A DNA stretch of 64,000 bases from positions 57,374 through 121,373 of IMG/VR virus record IMGVR_UViG_3300037882_003154, one strand, 5' to 3'. This stretch comes from a virus. A model generated the notes under the pieces. The model saw only the letters and a program-made list of their open reading frames with translations, was not told the DNA's origin and ran no database searches. Below are positions 1 to 10,036 of this stretch, piece by piece; within the stretch, counting starts at the first letter, position 1, and every line of letters begins with the position of its first letter. Both the position numbers and the translations under genes were made by a program.

Positions 1-121
1 TGATTAGCATAACATCCAACGGCTATATTTAGTTGTGGGTATTTTAATAACTCTTTAATAAGAGCCCGGTTGGTTATTATATCACCATAATGCAGGTTGT
101 TATAAAGGTAGATATTGTGCA

Positions 122-628
122 TTATTTTTGAGCTACATCTTCGTATGTATAATTGATTTTAAATATATCAAAAGTTTTAAATCCTCGAACGCCAGCCAGC
201 ATGTCTCGAAATAAATCTTGTATATTGTTCCATAGAAAATCGTATTCTTGTTTTATCAGATCTGTTTTTTCAGGCACATGATCTATCGTATGTAGATATT
301 TAATATAGCATATGTTAGCTTTATCGATTATATTTCCTATTCCTTCGGTGTTTATATAATCAAAATTTGGTTTTTGGTATTTAACAAAGATATTATTCAT
401 TTTGTTGATTGTGTCGTTTCTAGACATATTGTTAGCTTTGCCAACATTATACGTATAATTTTCAAGAAGATGCCACATCTCATAATGATTGTAGGCATTT
501 ATAACACCAAGCACGACATATTCATCTGCCACTAATGGATCTAAATCAAAAATGGTTAAATTCGATTTATGCCAGTGATTAAGGTTGTCCTCTATTGTCT
601 TTTTCATTAAACTCAAATCAAGTTGCAT
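122..628 (-). CDS. DUF4254-like helical protein
   Basis: Pattern H.EMWH..E...N..RND.I....NTEGIGNIIDKANI..IK.LH...G.R.FK resembles DUF4254. Start moved to MQLDL (ATG 628, upstream AAGGTG). Confidence 0.6.
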   Translation of the reverse strand: MQLDLSLMKKTIEDNLNHWHKSNLTIFDLDPLVADEYVVLGVINAYNHYEMWHLLENYTYNVGKANNMSRNDTINKMNNIFVKYQKPNFDYINTEGIGNIIDKANICYIKYLHTIDHVPEKTDLIKQEYDFLWNNIQDLFRDMLAGVRGFKTFDIFKINYTYEDVAQK

Positions 629-1566
629 ATTGTTAACACCTTTTTCCAAAAATGTTCAGGGGAATAATTATCAATATATTTATTATATCCGCTATCTGCT
701 ATTTGCTGTCTCTCTTCATGATTAGCTAGATAGTAGCAACACTTATCTAGTATTTCAGCGCCGGAAAAGCTAACAAAATCCAATCCATCTATAAAAAATG
801 GTGGATTATTTGTGTTTTTGCTATAAAAAGTTTCAGGGTAGTCTGATAACATAAACTTACCACACGCGGTAATTTCAAATGCTCTGCCCTTTCTTTGTTT
901 TTGCCCATGACCAACAGATAGATTTAAACATATTTTACAGTTTTTTATTAACGAAACATACTCGTCTATAGATAAATTGTCGTGATTTCCCGGACCACGA
1001 CCGCCGCCAAAAAACACACTTATGCCGTTGTTTTGTAGATATTCTATGTATTGTTTTCTTTCTAATCTAGTAACATGACACCCGGCAAAGACAACATCAA
1101 ACTTTTCTGATGTATTATTTGTATTATATATGCGTGTATCTTGTGGAACTTCTAGACAAAATACGTTTGGCAATTCTTCTCCGTGTCCCCAGTCAAACAG
1201 TATTTGAGGTGAGTATGGTGCATAGTCCCACCATCTATATGTCGGAGCAACATTAGATTGTTTATTATACATTATAGAGTCCCACCAACATGTGACAATC
1301 TTTTTGTTGGTTTTGCTTAATTTCTTAACGGTATCTAATGTAGCGTTTATTCCATCGGGACAAGAAATAAACGCAATATCATAGTCTCTTTCTATCAATG
1401 CCTTATCAACATCGTTGCTGTCTACAAGATCTTCTGGACTAACAAATAAATGTTCATATGTTCCAATATTTGTACAAACATAAGATCCAACTAAATTGTG
1501 TATACTATTGGTTAGACCAAACTTTTCTAATACAAAATGTTTTTCTGTTATAAACAAAATCTTCAT
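613..1566 (-). CDS. CgeB-like glycosyltransferase (GT-B, Glyco_trans_1_2 type), paralog 1
   Basis: C-terminal motif KICLNLS..KGRAFEITACGKFMLSD..YLANHEERQQIA; ATGA-coupled to the upstream gene. Confidence 0.8.
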   Translation of the reverse strand: MKILFITEKHFVLEKFGLTNSIHNLVGSYVCTNIGTYEHLFVSPEDLVDSNDVDKALIERDYDIAFISCPDGINATLDTVKKLSKTNKKIVTCWWDSIMYNKQSNVAPTYRWWDYAPYSPQILFDWGHGEELPNVFCLEVPQDTRIYNTNNTSEKFDVVFAGCHVTRLERKQYIEYLQNNGISVFFGGGRGPGNHDNLSIDEYVSLIKNCKICLNLSVGHGQKQRKGRAFEITACGKFMLSDYPETFYSKNTNNPPFFIDGLDFVSFSGAEILDKCCYYLANHEERQQIADSGYNKYIDNYSPEHFWKKVLTICNLI

Positions 1567-2513
1567 TTAACACCGCATATATTACACACATTGCTCCAAA
1601 AATGGTATGCGCTATATTTTTCTAAATATTTGTTGTATAAATTTCTCGATATTTCTTTTCTCTCTATAGTATGATCAAGATAGTAGTCTATTTTAGACAA
1701 CAAAGAGCCTTCATTGAATACTACATATTCTTTATTTTCTTCTAACATTGACCACCCTTTATTTCTGAAATCTTCATCCCAATTGGCTAGCATAAATTTA
1801 CCACAAGCAGCTATTTCAGATGTTCTACATTTTCTTTGAAAAACACCGGGATGTCTCATACACATATGCAAACAAATTTTAGATTTTTTGAGTATATCTG
1901 CATAGTCTTCATTAGATAGATTTCCTTGATGATCACCACGACCACCACCGTATTTCAAATTATATCCATGCGATATAAGTGTGTTGATAATCTTTGGTCT
2001 TTCTACTGTAGATATAGCGCTTCCAGGAAATCCTATGTCATATTCATCACTAGTATTAGTAGTATTAAAAATGGTTTCATCTTGTGGAACCATCATTGCA
2101 AATACGTTTCTATAAATTTCTCCAACGCCATGATCAAAAAATATTTGTGGACAATATTCGGCATATTCCCACCATCTATATTCAGACTTTATATCAGAAC
2201 CTAGTGGTATATCGACAGCATCATGCCATATCATAGCAATCTTTTTGCTGCTACCATAAAGACCTTTTATCGTATGTAAATTTGCGTTTGGATTTCCAAC
2301 AGATTCAGATATTACGGCTAAATTATAGTCTTGGTTTATCAAAATATCATCTATTGCCTCATTGGAAAATATTTCTTCAGGATCTATAAAAATCAATTCA
2401 TATGTTCCAATACCGGAACTAATATAAGACCCAACCAGTGGACCAAAACTAACCGTATAGCCGTTTTTCTTTTGACCACAATATTTTTCCATGATAATTA
2501 ATGTGTGTATCAT
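1563..2513 (-). CDS. CgeB-like glycosyltransferase, paralog 2
   Basis: KSKICLH..RTSEIAACGKFML..YYLDHTIERKEI. Start moved to MIHTLII (ATG 2513, ATGA overlap with the upstream stop). Confidence 0.8.
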   Translation of the reverse strand: MIHTLIIMEKYCGQKKNGYTVSFGPLVGSYISSGIGTYELIFIDPEEIFSNEAIDDILINQDYNLAVISESVGNPNANLHTIKGLYGSSKKIAMIWHDAVDIPLGSDIKSEYRWWEYAEYCPQIFFDHGVGEIYRNVFAMMVPQDETIFNTTNTSDEYDIGFPGSAISTVERPKIINTLISHGYNLKYGGGRGDHQGNLSNEDYADILKKSKICLHMCMRHPGVFQRKCRTSEIAACGKFMLANWDEDFRNKGWSMLEENKEYVVFNEGSLLSKIDYYLDHTIERKEISRNLYNKYLEKYSAYHFWSNVCNICGVK

Positions 2514-3454
2514 ACGCCGCACAAGTATAGTACATTCGACCAAAATATAACTGGAGAGTATAGCCTTTGATATGTTTCATATATATTGTTGGCTATTTGC
2601 TGTCTTTCTATATCATGACTAAGCCAATAATCTATTCTTTCTAAGATATTATCCATATCGAAGTGTATATAATCGTGGTTTTCTAGTAACAGATCCCATT
2701 TCTTTTCCCTAAATTCCTGTGTGAAATTAGCCAACATAAATTTGCCACAAGCGGCTATTTCAGATGTTCTTCCTTTTCTCTGACCAACACCGGGTTTCCT
2801 ATGGCAAAGATGCAAGCATATTTTTGATTTTTTAAGTATACTAGCATAGTCCTCATTTGACAAATTACCCTGACCGGGACCACGACCACCTCCTGTCAAC
2901 ATTTTATATCCCCTATTAGAAATTTTGCCAAACAAATCCTCTCTATCTGGCATTGAAATAATTCTACCAGGAAATCCAAGGTCATACTCTTCTGTATTCG
3001 TGTTTTTGTTATACAATCTGTCGTCTTGTGGAGCCATTATACCATAAGCCCCAGGGTATACTTCTCCATTGCCCCAGTCTAACAAAATCTGTGTACAATA
3101 CTGAGCATATTCCCACCATCTATAACCGAAACACCTAGTATTACATCCAACGGGCAGATCTATAGAATCGTGCCAAATCATCGCTATTTTTTTACTGCTA
3201 CCTTTTAACTTTTTTGTTGTTTCAAGACTGGCGTTTTTGCCATCAAACGATGATATGAATGCCAAATCATAATCATATGTCAATAATACATTGTCTATGG
3301 CTTCATTGGTCCACAAATTCTCGGGGTCTATAAAAACACATTCGTGTGTTCCGAAGTTTGTACATTCGTATGAGCCTATGAGATTATGGATACTGTTTGT
3401 GTAACCAAAAGCTGGACCGTGATAGTATTTTTCTATTATAAATAGTACATGCAT
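2510..3454 (-). CDS. CgeB-like glycosyltransferase, paralog 3
   Basis: KSKICLH..KGRTSEIAACGKFML..WLSHDIERQQIA; colinear with the two neighbouring paralogs. Confidence 0.8.
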   Translation of the reverse strand: MHVLFIIEKYYHGPAFGYTNSIHNLIGSYECTNFGTHECVFIDPENLWTNEAIDNVLLTYDYDLAFISSFDGKNASLETTKKLKGSSKKIAMIWHDSIDLPVGCNTRCFGYRWWEYAQYCTQILLDWGNGEVYPGAYGIMAPQDDRLYNKNTNTEEYDLGFPGRIISMPDREDLFGKISNRGYKMLTGGGRGPGQGNLSNEDYASILKKSKICLHLCHRKPGVGQRKGRTSEIAACGKFMLANFTQEFREKKWDLLLENHDYIHFDMDNILERIDYWLSHDIERQQIANNIYETYQRLYSPVIFWSNVLYLCGV

Positions 3455-4054
3455 TTAAAGCCTCTCGTTGCCTGTTACTGTAACCTTCCACATACTATCT
3501 GGAAGCAACTCGTAGTTATCACCGAACCAATCATAAACCGCCTGTTCAACTCCAACATGACCACGGTTTATCTCTCTGTCTCTGTATAGTTGTTTTGCAC
3601 TATATTTGTTTGATGCTCCACGATGATCGCAGTCGTGCCCACACAATATTCCACCAATCTTTACTTTCTCTAAACATCTTTCTATATCGCCCATAACATG
3701 AAAATAATTATGATCAGCATCTACAAATGCTATATCTAGACTTCTATTAGGTATTTTTACTATTTGATCTACACTATTTCCCACCAAGATAGTCATGTAT
3801 TCAAGATAGTCCTTTACATAATCTTTAAACTCTTGTAAAAATTTTTGCTCATAGAATTCGTATTCCGGTGGATCATAGACGCCATTACGATATGTATTGC
3901 TTTTAAACCAGTCAACAGCCCACAGATGCCCCCCCATAGCAACCACATGTGGCATATATTCCCTGGTTGAATATCCTTCTCTAACACCAATTTCAGCCAC
4001 CTTAATACCACCTATATTTAGCGACTTGACCAAATTAACAAAAGAACTAACCAT
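3455..4054 (-). CDS. Class I SAM-dependent methyltransferase (Methyltransf_24-like)
   Basis: Motif I AEIGVREGYS, DIAFVDADHNY, GGILCGHD. Start moved to MVSSF (GGAGG upstream). Confidence 0.8.
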   Translation of the reverse strand: MVSSFVNLVKSLNIGGIKVAEIGVREGYSTREYMPHVVAMGGHLWAVDWFKSNTYRNGVYDPPEYEFYEQKFLQEFKDYVKDYLEYMTILVGNSVDQIVKIPNRSLDIAFVDADHNYFHVMGDIERCLEKVKIGGILCGHDCDHRGASNKYSAKQLYRDREINRGHVGVEQAVYDWFGDNYELLPDSMWKVTVTGNERL

Positions 4055-5057
4055 TCTTTCCTCCTTTAACATGTATTGTATACCAATCTACTACATCTGC
4101 AACCATTTTTTCAATATTTCTCTTAGGCGCCCATCCCAATAGTGTTTTAGCACGAGTATTATCAACAAATCTATTTTTTAGTGTTGATGGTTTATTTTTA
4201 TTAAGCGACATCCTTGGTGTTATAAACGAACCATTTTCATCTATTTTTGCTCCCTCGTGTTGTAAAGCATAACCAAGAATATCGATGGCGCTAAACGACT
4301 TTCCATATGCAATATTTATGGGCTCAAAATATGGAATCTTTTCTACCATAAGAAATACTGCATCAATGAAATCGTCTACATGCAAAAAGTCTCTAGTGTC
4401 TTTACCGTCTCCCCATACCTCAATTGGATCATCACCATCAACTACCTTTTTTACTAATGCTGGTAATATATGCGATTTGGATGGATCAAAACAATCTCTC
4501 GGACCCACTATATTACTAGGTCTTGGTACAATACATGTTATATTGTTGTCAATATATTTGGCAAAGAGTTCGCATAATTTTTCACTATATCTTTTCATAT
4601 GACCCACACCGAAATAAACTTCTGCCGGGTCTTCAAAATGGAATTCTTCTTCTTTTACCGGATGGTCATAGGGCGGATATCCGGTAGTGCTAGATAGATA
4701 AACAAACGCTTTGACTTGTGCTTTATGGGCGGCAGCCAAGAGGTTGTAATTCATCTTGATATTTGGACCAACAAGATTAAGGATGTTTTCAGCCTGTGCT
4801 CCAGCACCATAGCTCTTGCCAGCACAATGGAATACATAGTCTATTCCTCTACAGATGTAATCTACATCATAGTTTACTTCAAGATTTGCTCTCATTAAAG
4901 AATATGGCTTCAAATCCCCATCATATTCTTTGGGTATGGTATTATTAAACACTGCATAAACTCTAGCATTTTCTTTAATAAGTCTTTGCACGAAGTTAGA
5001 ACCGATCATACCAGCAGAGCCAGTAACCAAGCATTTTGTGTTTTTGAAAATACTCAT
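4047..5057 (-). CDS. Extended SDR NDP-sugar epimerase/reductase (GDP-fucose synthase-like)
   Basis: VTGSAGMIGS Rossmann motif, RPSNIVGPRD, SHILPALVKK, WGDGKDTRDFLHVDD. Confidence 0.8.
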   Translation of the reverse strand: MSIFKNTKCLVTGSAGMIGSNFVQRLIKENARVYAVFNNTIPKEYDGDLKPYSLMRANLEVNYDVDYICRGIDYVFHCAGKSYGAGAQAENILNLVGPNIKMNYNLLAAAHKAQVKAFVYLSSTTGYPPYDHPVKEEEFHFEDPAEVYFGVGHMKRYSEKLCELFAKYIDNNITCIVPRPSNIVGPRDCFDPSKSHILPALVKKVVDGDDPIEVWGDGKDTRDFLHVDDFIDAVFLMVEKIPYFEPINIAYGKSFSAIDILGYALQHEGAKIDENGSFITPRMSLNKNKPSTLKNRFVDNTRAKTLLGWAPKRNIEKMVADVVDWYTIHVKGGKNG

Positions 5058-6010
5058 TATTGTTCTTGCCTCAAGTGGTCTAAAAGAAACATAATTGACT
5101 CATCTAAGGTATAGTTTGGATACCATCCTGTTTGGTTAATAAATTTAGTGCAATCGGGTATCTGATAAGATATATCTACTGGTCGTAATAGTGACTTATC
5201 TTCTTCGGTAATAATATTGGCTTTAGTATATGTTTTTAGTAGCTCTAGAAATTCACCAATAGATATAGTATTATCCCCACCTATATTATATATCTGACCA
5301 ACATGACATTTTTGTGATGCCACCCAGTAAGAGGACATCGCATCACGAACATCTATCAGTGTTCTTACAGGCTTAAGATTGCCATGCTTCAAAACCCTTG
5401 CATTGCTCCGCTCAATATCTATAATTTGCTTAGCAAAAGCGGTAGCGAATATGTCTTTTCTACGGGGGTTTATATAGCTAAACATCCTTGTTGTTATAAC
5501 TTTGAAACCATAAGAGTGAAAATAAGCTAAGCCGATTTTTTCTTGTGTTAGTTTAGATACAGCATATATGTTCTGGGGCTCTACCGGATGGGTCTCTGAT
5601 ATTGGGCACTCATCTTTGGAAGCAGCCCTGTATACCTCTGAGGTCATACAGTTCTGTATTATTGGATCTATACCAACCATCCTAATTGCTTCAAATAGGT
5701 TGATTGTATTATTTGTGTTATTTTGCAATACGGCTATAGGATTAGAAAAACATACCTTAACATTCGCATGAGCTGCGAGATGAAAAACATAGTCTGGTTT
5801 TACATCTTTTATTGTGTGATATGTAGCGCTTAGATCATTAAGATCGCACTCATGTAATACCACATCGTCTTTAATCTCTCTTAAATTGTGTGCCGTTGCT
5901 GTACTATGCCAACGACTCACACCATGTACCTCTACATTGGTGTGTGACAGTAGATATTCGGCTAAATAAGAAGCCCCCGATCCAGTAATTCCTGTTATTA
6001 AGGCTTTCAT
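5057..6010 (-). CDS. gmd: GDP-mannose 4,6-dehydratase (Gmd/Rmd family)
   Basis: ALITGITGSGASYLAEYLL, VFHLAAHANV, TSEVY, YAVSK, GNLKPVRTLIDVRD. Confidence 0.75.
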   Translation of the reverse strand: MKALITGITGSGASYLAEYLLSHTNVEVHGVSRWHSTATAHNLREIKDDVVLHECDLNDLSATYHTIKDVKPDYVFHLAAHANVKVCFSNPIAVLQNNTNNTINLFEAIRMVGIDPIIQNCMTSEVYRAASKDECPISETHPVEPQNIYAVSKLTQEKIGLAYFHSYGFKVITTRMFSYINPRRKDIFATAFAKQIIDIERSNARVLKHGNLKPVRTLIDVRDAMSSYWVASQKCHVGQIYNIGGDNTISIGEFLELLKTYTKANIITEEDKSLLRPVDISYQIPDCTKFINQTGWYPNYTLDESIMFLLDHLRQEQ

Positions 6011-6011
6011 C

Positions 6012-7583
6012 CTAATCTCCCAATATCTTTCTTTTAAGTTTAATCTTAGACATATCTTTTATGTTATTTACAGCTACTATACCAAATTTCTTCTCTACCA
6101 AAGATAAATATTCCGGTCCATTAAAATAGATTTGCCATGCATCATCTCGAAACCTTAATATTTCTTCTGCTGTTAGTGTATCTGTTGGTAATGGCAGTGT
6201 ATCATAAGACAAAAATGACCATCCAGCATAGTTTTGTGGCAACTTATATTTTTTTTGTATAGCCTCATAATACAGGGGGCTTCCTGGCAAAGCCTGAGCA
6301 GCATACGCATTGTATGATTCGGTGTTGAGCTCTATGGCTAAATCTAAGGTTTGTTGCATTGTCTCCTTGGTATCACCGGGGAGCCCATATATATAATTTC
6401 CAATAACATTTAGGTCATGCCCCTTAATCTTTTGCACTACATCTCTAATATTCACATCTTTAAAAGAGCCCTTAGATACTTCCTGTCTTATCGCTTGATT
6501 ACCAGCCTCAATACCCAGGGCAAGCCAATGAATACCGGCTTTTTTGAACATATCTAGATATTTTTCTCTAATTGTATCGCATCTACTATAAACCCAAATA
6601 TTTAAGTCACCACCATATCCTCTTTCTATTATTTTGTTCAGTATGGGTTCAAAGTGATATTTATTAAAGAAAAATAGTTCATCTGCTATTCTAAGGGTCC
6701 TGACACCCATCCCATATAATCTGTCTATTTGTTTGATTACATGATCTGGACTCCAATATCGCATTAGATTACTATTTGCGGAATGTATGCCATCACTAGA
6801 ATCGGTTCTATTGATTAGATTAATTATACAAAAAGAGCACTTAAAATTACATCCCAGTGTAGTATATATGGAAGCGAATGGTGTGGTTTTATTGAAATCA
6901 TAGTCGCCATGCCAGATATGAGCCCTATACATATCTAGTGGCTTGTTTTTATATGGCAGCAAGTCCCATGCATAATCTGGGATCTCTTCATCTAATTTAT
7001 CAGATGGTATTATTGATCCTGTGCCATTGTTCATGTGGTGGTGAGACCACCTAAGACATTCATTGCCCTTATATGTATTTGTATATTCTTTATATCCAAG
7101 ACCTGGTATTCTATGTAAATCTGTCTTGAAATCAGTAGACAACAGACAACACAGAGCCCTAACACCCTCATTAATACATACAAAATCTACATATTTGAGA
7201 CCAAGAACTTCATTTGGCAATGCACTGGCGTGACTACCAATAAAACAAATTGGGTAGTTTGGGCTATTTAGTCTTACAAATTCGGCTAGTCTAGTAGCCC
7301 CAACCATTGATGTTGTACCAGAATTTGGGTTCTGTCCATATACGACAAAACAAACAAGTCTGGGATTGACATCTTCTATTCTTTTTAGGGCTGCTTCATC
7401 ATCTAGCTGTTCGGCATCGGCATCCAAAATATTACAGCCGAAGCCCATCCTTTTACATGCAGAAGCTAATAATAGAGCCCAGGTTGGAGGTTCAGTTGCT
7501 GTAAATTTATCACTAAGCCCCTGGTAAATTACATTAGCCGCCCCAGGGTTTATGAAAAGTACATCTACTTGTCTATCTGACAT
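6012..7583 (-). CDS. Cobalamin-binding radical SAM enzyme (class B methyltransferase-like)
   Basis: N-terminal B12-binding-like region (IGSHASALP, DFVCINEG), CNFKCSFC CxxxCxxC motif, LGIEAGN, YIYGLPGDT. Confidence 0.85.
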   Translation of the reverse strand: MSDRQVDVLFINPGAANVIYQGLSDKFTATEPPTWALLLASACKRMGFGCNILDADAEQLDDEAALKRIEDVNPRLVCFVVYGQNPNSGTTSMVGATRLAEFVRLNSPNYPICFIGSHASALPNEVLGLKYVDFVCINEGVRALCCLLSTDFKTDLHRIPGLGYKEYTNTYKGNECLRWSHHHMNNGTGSIIPSDKLDEEIPDYAWDLLPYKNKPLDMYRAHIWHGDYDFNKTTPFASIYTTLGCNFKCSFCIINLINRTDSSDGIHSANSNLMRYWSPDHVIKQIDRLYGMGVRTLRIADELFFFNKYHFEPILNKIIERGYGGDLNIWVYSRCDTIREKYLDMFKKAGIHWLALGIEAGNQAIRQEVSKGSFKDVNIRDVVQKIKGHDLNVIGNYIYGLPGDTKETMQQTLDLAIELNTESYNAYAAQALPGSPLYYEAIQKKYKLPQNYAGWSFLSYDTLPLPTDTLTAEEILRFRDDAWQIYFNGPEYLSLVEKKFGIVAVNNIKDMSKIKLKRKILGD

Positions 7584-8554
7584 AATAGATCTTTCATCCT
7601 GGTAATATAAGAGTGTTTTTCTATAAAGTCTTTATGAACCTGTTCTTTGAGAATTAAATCAGAAGAATGGCTGATTTTTTCATCCAAAGGCATATCTATA
7701 TCGGAAACTAGGGCGTCATATCCGATTAAAAGTTCACTTTCAAATAAATCATAAATAGCACTATTGACTTCGGTTACTGGAACCCTGCCAGCCCCAAGTA
7801 TTTTGAATATTCTCTCATTAATTTCAAAATCGTATTCTGCATATGGGTGCAATATATTCAGATTAACTTTAGATGATACAAAAAGGTCTAACAAATTATT
7901 ATCATTAATATATCCACAATAACATGGCAAAGACCATTCTTTATCACCAAATATCTTTATATTATAGTTTTTATGATACTCTTTAAATATCTCGAATATC
8001 TTATTCAACTTAACCATTTTGTTGGGATGATATCCACCTACATAAGATATGTCACACTCATAGTTTTTATTGAAAGTGGCTTTAGTATATGTTAAGGAGT
8101 CAAAGGCTAGTGGACAACTCAATACTACGAACCCCTTTGTATTCCACCCAGAGTGTGTGCCGATTATGTCTGTTCCCATATTTTTAGATACTAAGAACAG
8201 TGGATTTTTAAGTTCATCCTTACATCTATTCAGATTTTTTTTCTGATTATCGGTAGCCAATAAGTATGTGTGTTCTGGTTTTATTCTTAGATCTGTTATA
8301 TTATCATCTATATATAATCCGGGCTCGGTTACGATTATTATATGTGGGCTATTAAGCAAACACTTAAATACCGCCTTTGTTAGATGATCTGGATCGACAA
8401 TCAATATGTCTGGTTTAAATTCATCAAACATGTCAAATGCCGGTTTTTGTTCTTCTGACCAAAACACAACATTATGACCAAAATATAATAGGGCTTTATA
8501 CCATCCAGATCTGTGCCCTGGAATTCCGCCCCTAAATGTCATTAGTATCTTCAT
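7565..8554 (-). CDS. CgeB-like glycosyltransferase, fourth copy
   Basis: CDISYVGG, SKVNLNILH, INERIFKILGAG, HSYITRMKDLL. Confidence 0.75.
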   Translation of the reverse strand: MKILMTFRGGIPGHRSGWYKALLYFGHNVVFWSEEQKPAFDMFDEFKPDILIVDPDHLTKAVFKCLLNSPHIIIVTEPGLYIDDNITDLRIKPEHTYLLATDNQKKNLNRCKDELKNPLFLVSKNMGTDIIGTHSGWNTKGFVVLSCPLAFDSLTYTKATFNKNYECDISYVGGYHPNKMVKLNKIFEIFKEYHKNYNIKIFGDKEWSLPCYCGYINDNNLLDLFVSSKVNLNILHPYAEYDFEINERIFKILGAGRVPVTEVNSAIYDLFESELLIGYDALVSDIDMPLDEKISHSSDLILKEQVHKDFIEKHSYITRMKDLLCQIDK

Positions 8555-9264
8555 ATTTTTTCTAAGTCTTTAATACCATCTATTTCTAGTACAAACCCAT
8601 GATTATTTTTTTTTGTTATAAGCTTTCCACCATTATCAATAATATAGTTGAGAGCCTCAAACATACAGGACGTTCTATTTTCTTTATTATATACATACTT
8701 TCTCAGATTATAAAGCTCTGCGCCCGTGAAAAACCCAACCTGTCCCCATTTTTTGACAAGATTATATGCGAACAAAGTGGCTAGGTTGTCATCATATGAA
8801 TTAAGCCCTATTTCTTGTGGTCTAAAATGATCCGTGTCATAGATTATATTAGATGTTTGGGCATACAGATCAGAGATATATTCATTATTGAATAACAGAT
8901 CGCCCATGATTAGAATAACACATGGGTTTAGAGATACCCTCAAACACATAGCCAGCGTTCTGACTTGACTGGTACTCTCATATTCCATATTTTCGACAAA
9001 CATTATGTTCTGTGGTAGAGAGTCAATTACTTTATCAGCCTGAAATCCCAGCCCATATATGATATTGGCATTTGGATAGCATTCTCTGATGATTCTGACT
9101 TGCCTTTGACCTAGCTTTTCATTTTTAATATCTAATAAAGACCTAGGACCACAATTGGTCATTTTGCCAGCACCAGCAGCCAATACAATAATGTCAAGGT
9201 TATTGTTTGGATTGACCGACCACTTTCTTTTTATTACAGAGGTAAACCTATTGAGTTTTGCCAC
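8551..9264 (-). CDS. Sugar-phosphate nucleotidyltransferase (NTP_transferase/LicC-like)
   Basis: IIVLAAGAG...GPRSLL signature, ILIMGDLLF. Start moved to GTG 9264. Confidence 0.7.
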   Translation of the reverse strand: MAKLNRFTSVIKRKWSVNPNNNLDIIVLAAGAGKMTNCGPRSLLDIKNEKLGQRQVRIIRECYPNANIIYGLGFQADKVIDSLPQNIMFVENMEYESTSQVRTLAMCLRVSLNPCVILIMGDLLFNNEYISDLYAQTSNIIYDTDHFRPQEIGLNSYDDNLATLFAYNLVKKWGQVGFFTGAELYNLRKYVYNKENRTSCMFEALNYIIDNGGKLITKKNNHGFVLEIDGIKDLEKI

Positions 9265-10036
9265 CCTGCCTCGCGTTTGCTTTGTTGATAATGTGCTGCA
9301 ACACAGCATTTGGGTTGTGTTGTGGCTTTTGCAAAATACCAGTATTTTTTATGGAAATCTTACATAGCGTCTCTGGAATGTGTATCAAGATAGATTGTTC
9401 GGCAGCTCTCAATAACAGATCATAGTTTTCAAACATTGGGAGACCAGTATCGAAGATCCCTATCTTATTTAATATCATAGAACTAATAAAAAACGACACA
9501 TGCCCATAATATGTATTATATATGTTGTGTATATTAAAGGACCTTAGATATTGTTCAAATTCAACCCCACCAATATTTATGATATGATCTGAATATACAG
9601 CCCCAATCACACTTGGATTGTCTATAAATTCTATAACACTCTTGCTGACTTTGCCATCTAGATAGATATCATCGGCATCCAAAAAGCCAAAAATGTTGGC
9701 TATTGAGCTCAATGATTGTATGCCTATGTTTTTTGCATAGCATTGGCTACTATGCTTGTGCAGTCGAACTCCGTTGACGTGTACATTGTTCTTAATGCCA
9801 GCGAACACTTCGTTTTGGCTATCGTCCATATGTGATTCATAGTCTTTAACATAGCCCTTTATATTATCCCAACTACTATCCTCGGAGCAGTCATCAACTA
9901 CCATGATATATTTGTTGGGATAGTCCTGAGACACGGCACTGTCTATGGCATTCAGAACACTGTCCGCCATATTATAGTTGGGTACTATTATTCCAACTGC
10001 TGGCAAGTTTATGTTTTTTGTAGTATCTGCGCCCAT
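9248..10036 (-). CDS. Glycosyltransferase family 2
   Basis: IIVPNYN, VVDDCSED, FLDADD (DXD), ENYDLLLR. Confidence 0.9.
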   Translation of the reverse strand: MGADTTKNINLPAVGIIVPNYNMADSVLNAIDSAVSQDYPNKYIMVVDDCSEDSSWDNIKGYVKDYESHMDDSQNEVFAGIKNNVHVNGVRLHKHSSQCYAKNIGIQSLSSIANIFGFLDADDIYLDGKVSKSVIEFIDNPSVIGAVYSDHIINIGGVEFEQYLRSFNIHNIYNTYYGHVSFFISSMILNKIGIFDTGLPMFENYDLLLRAAEQSILIHIPETLCKISIKNTGILQKPQHNPNAVLQHIINKANARQGGKTQ

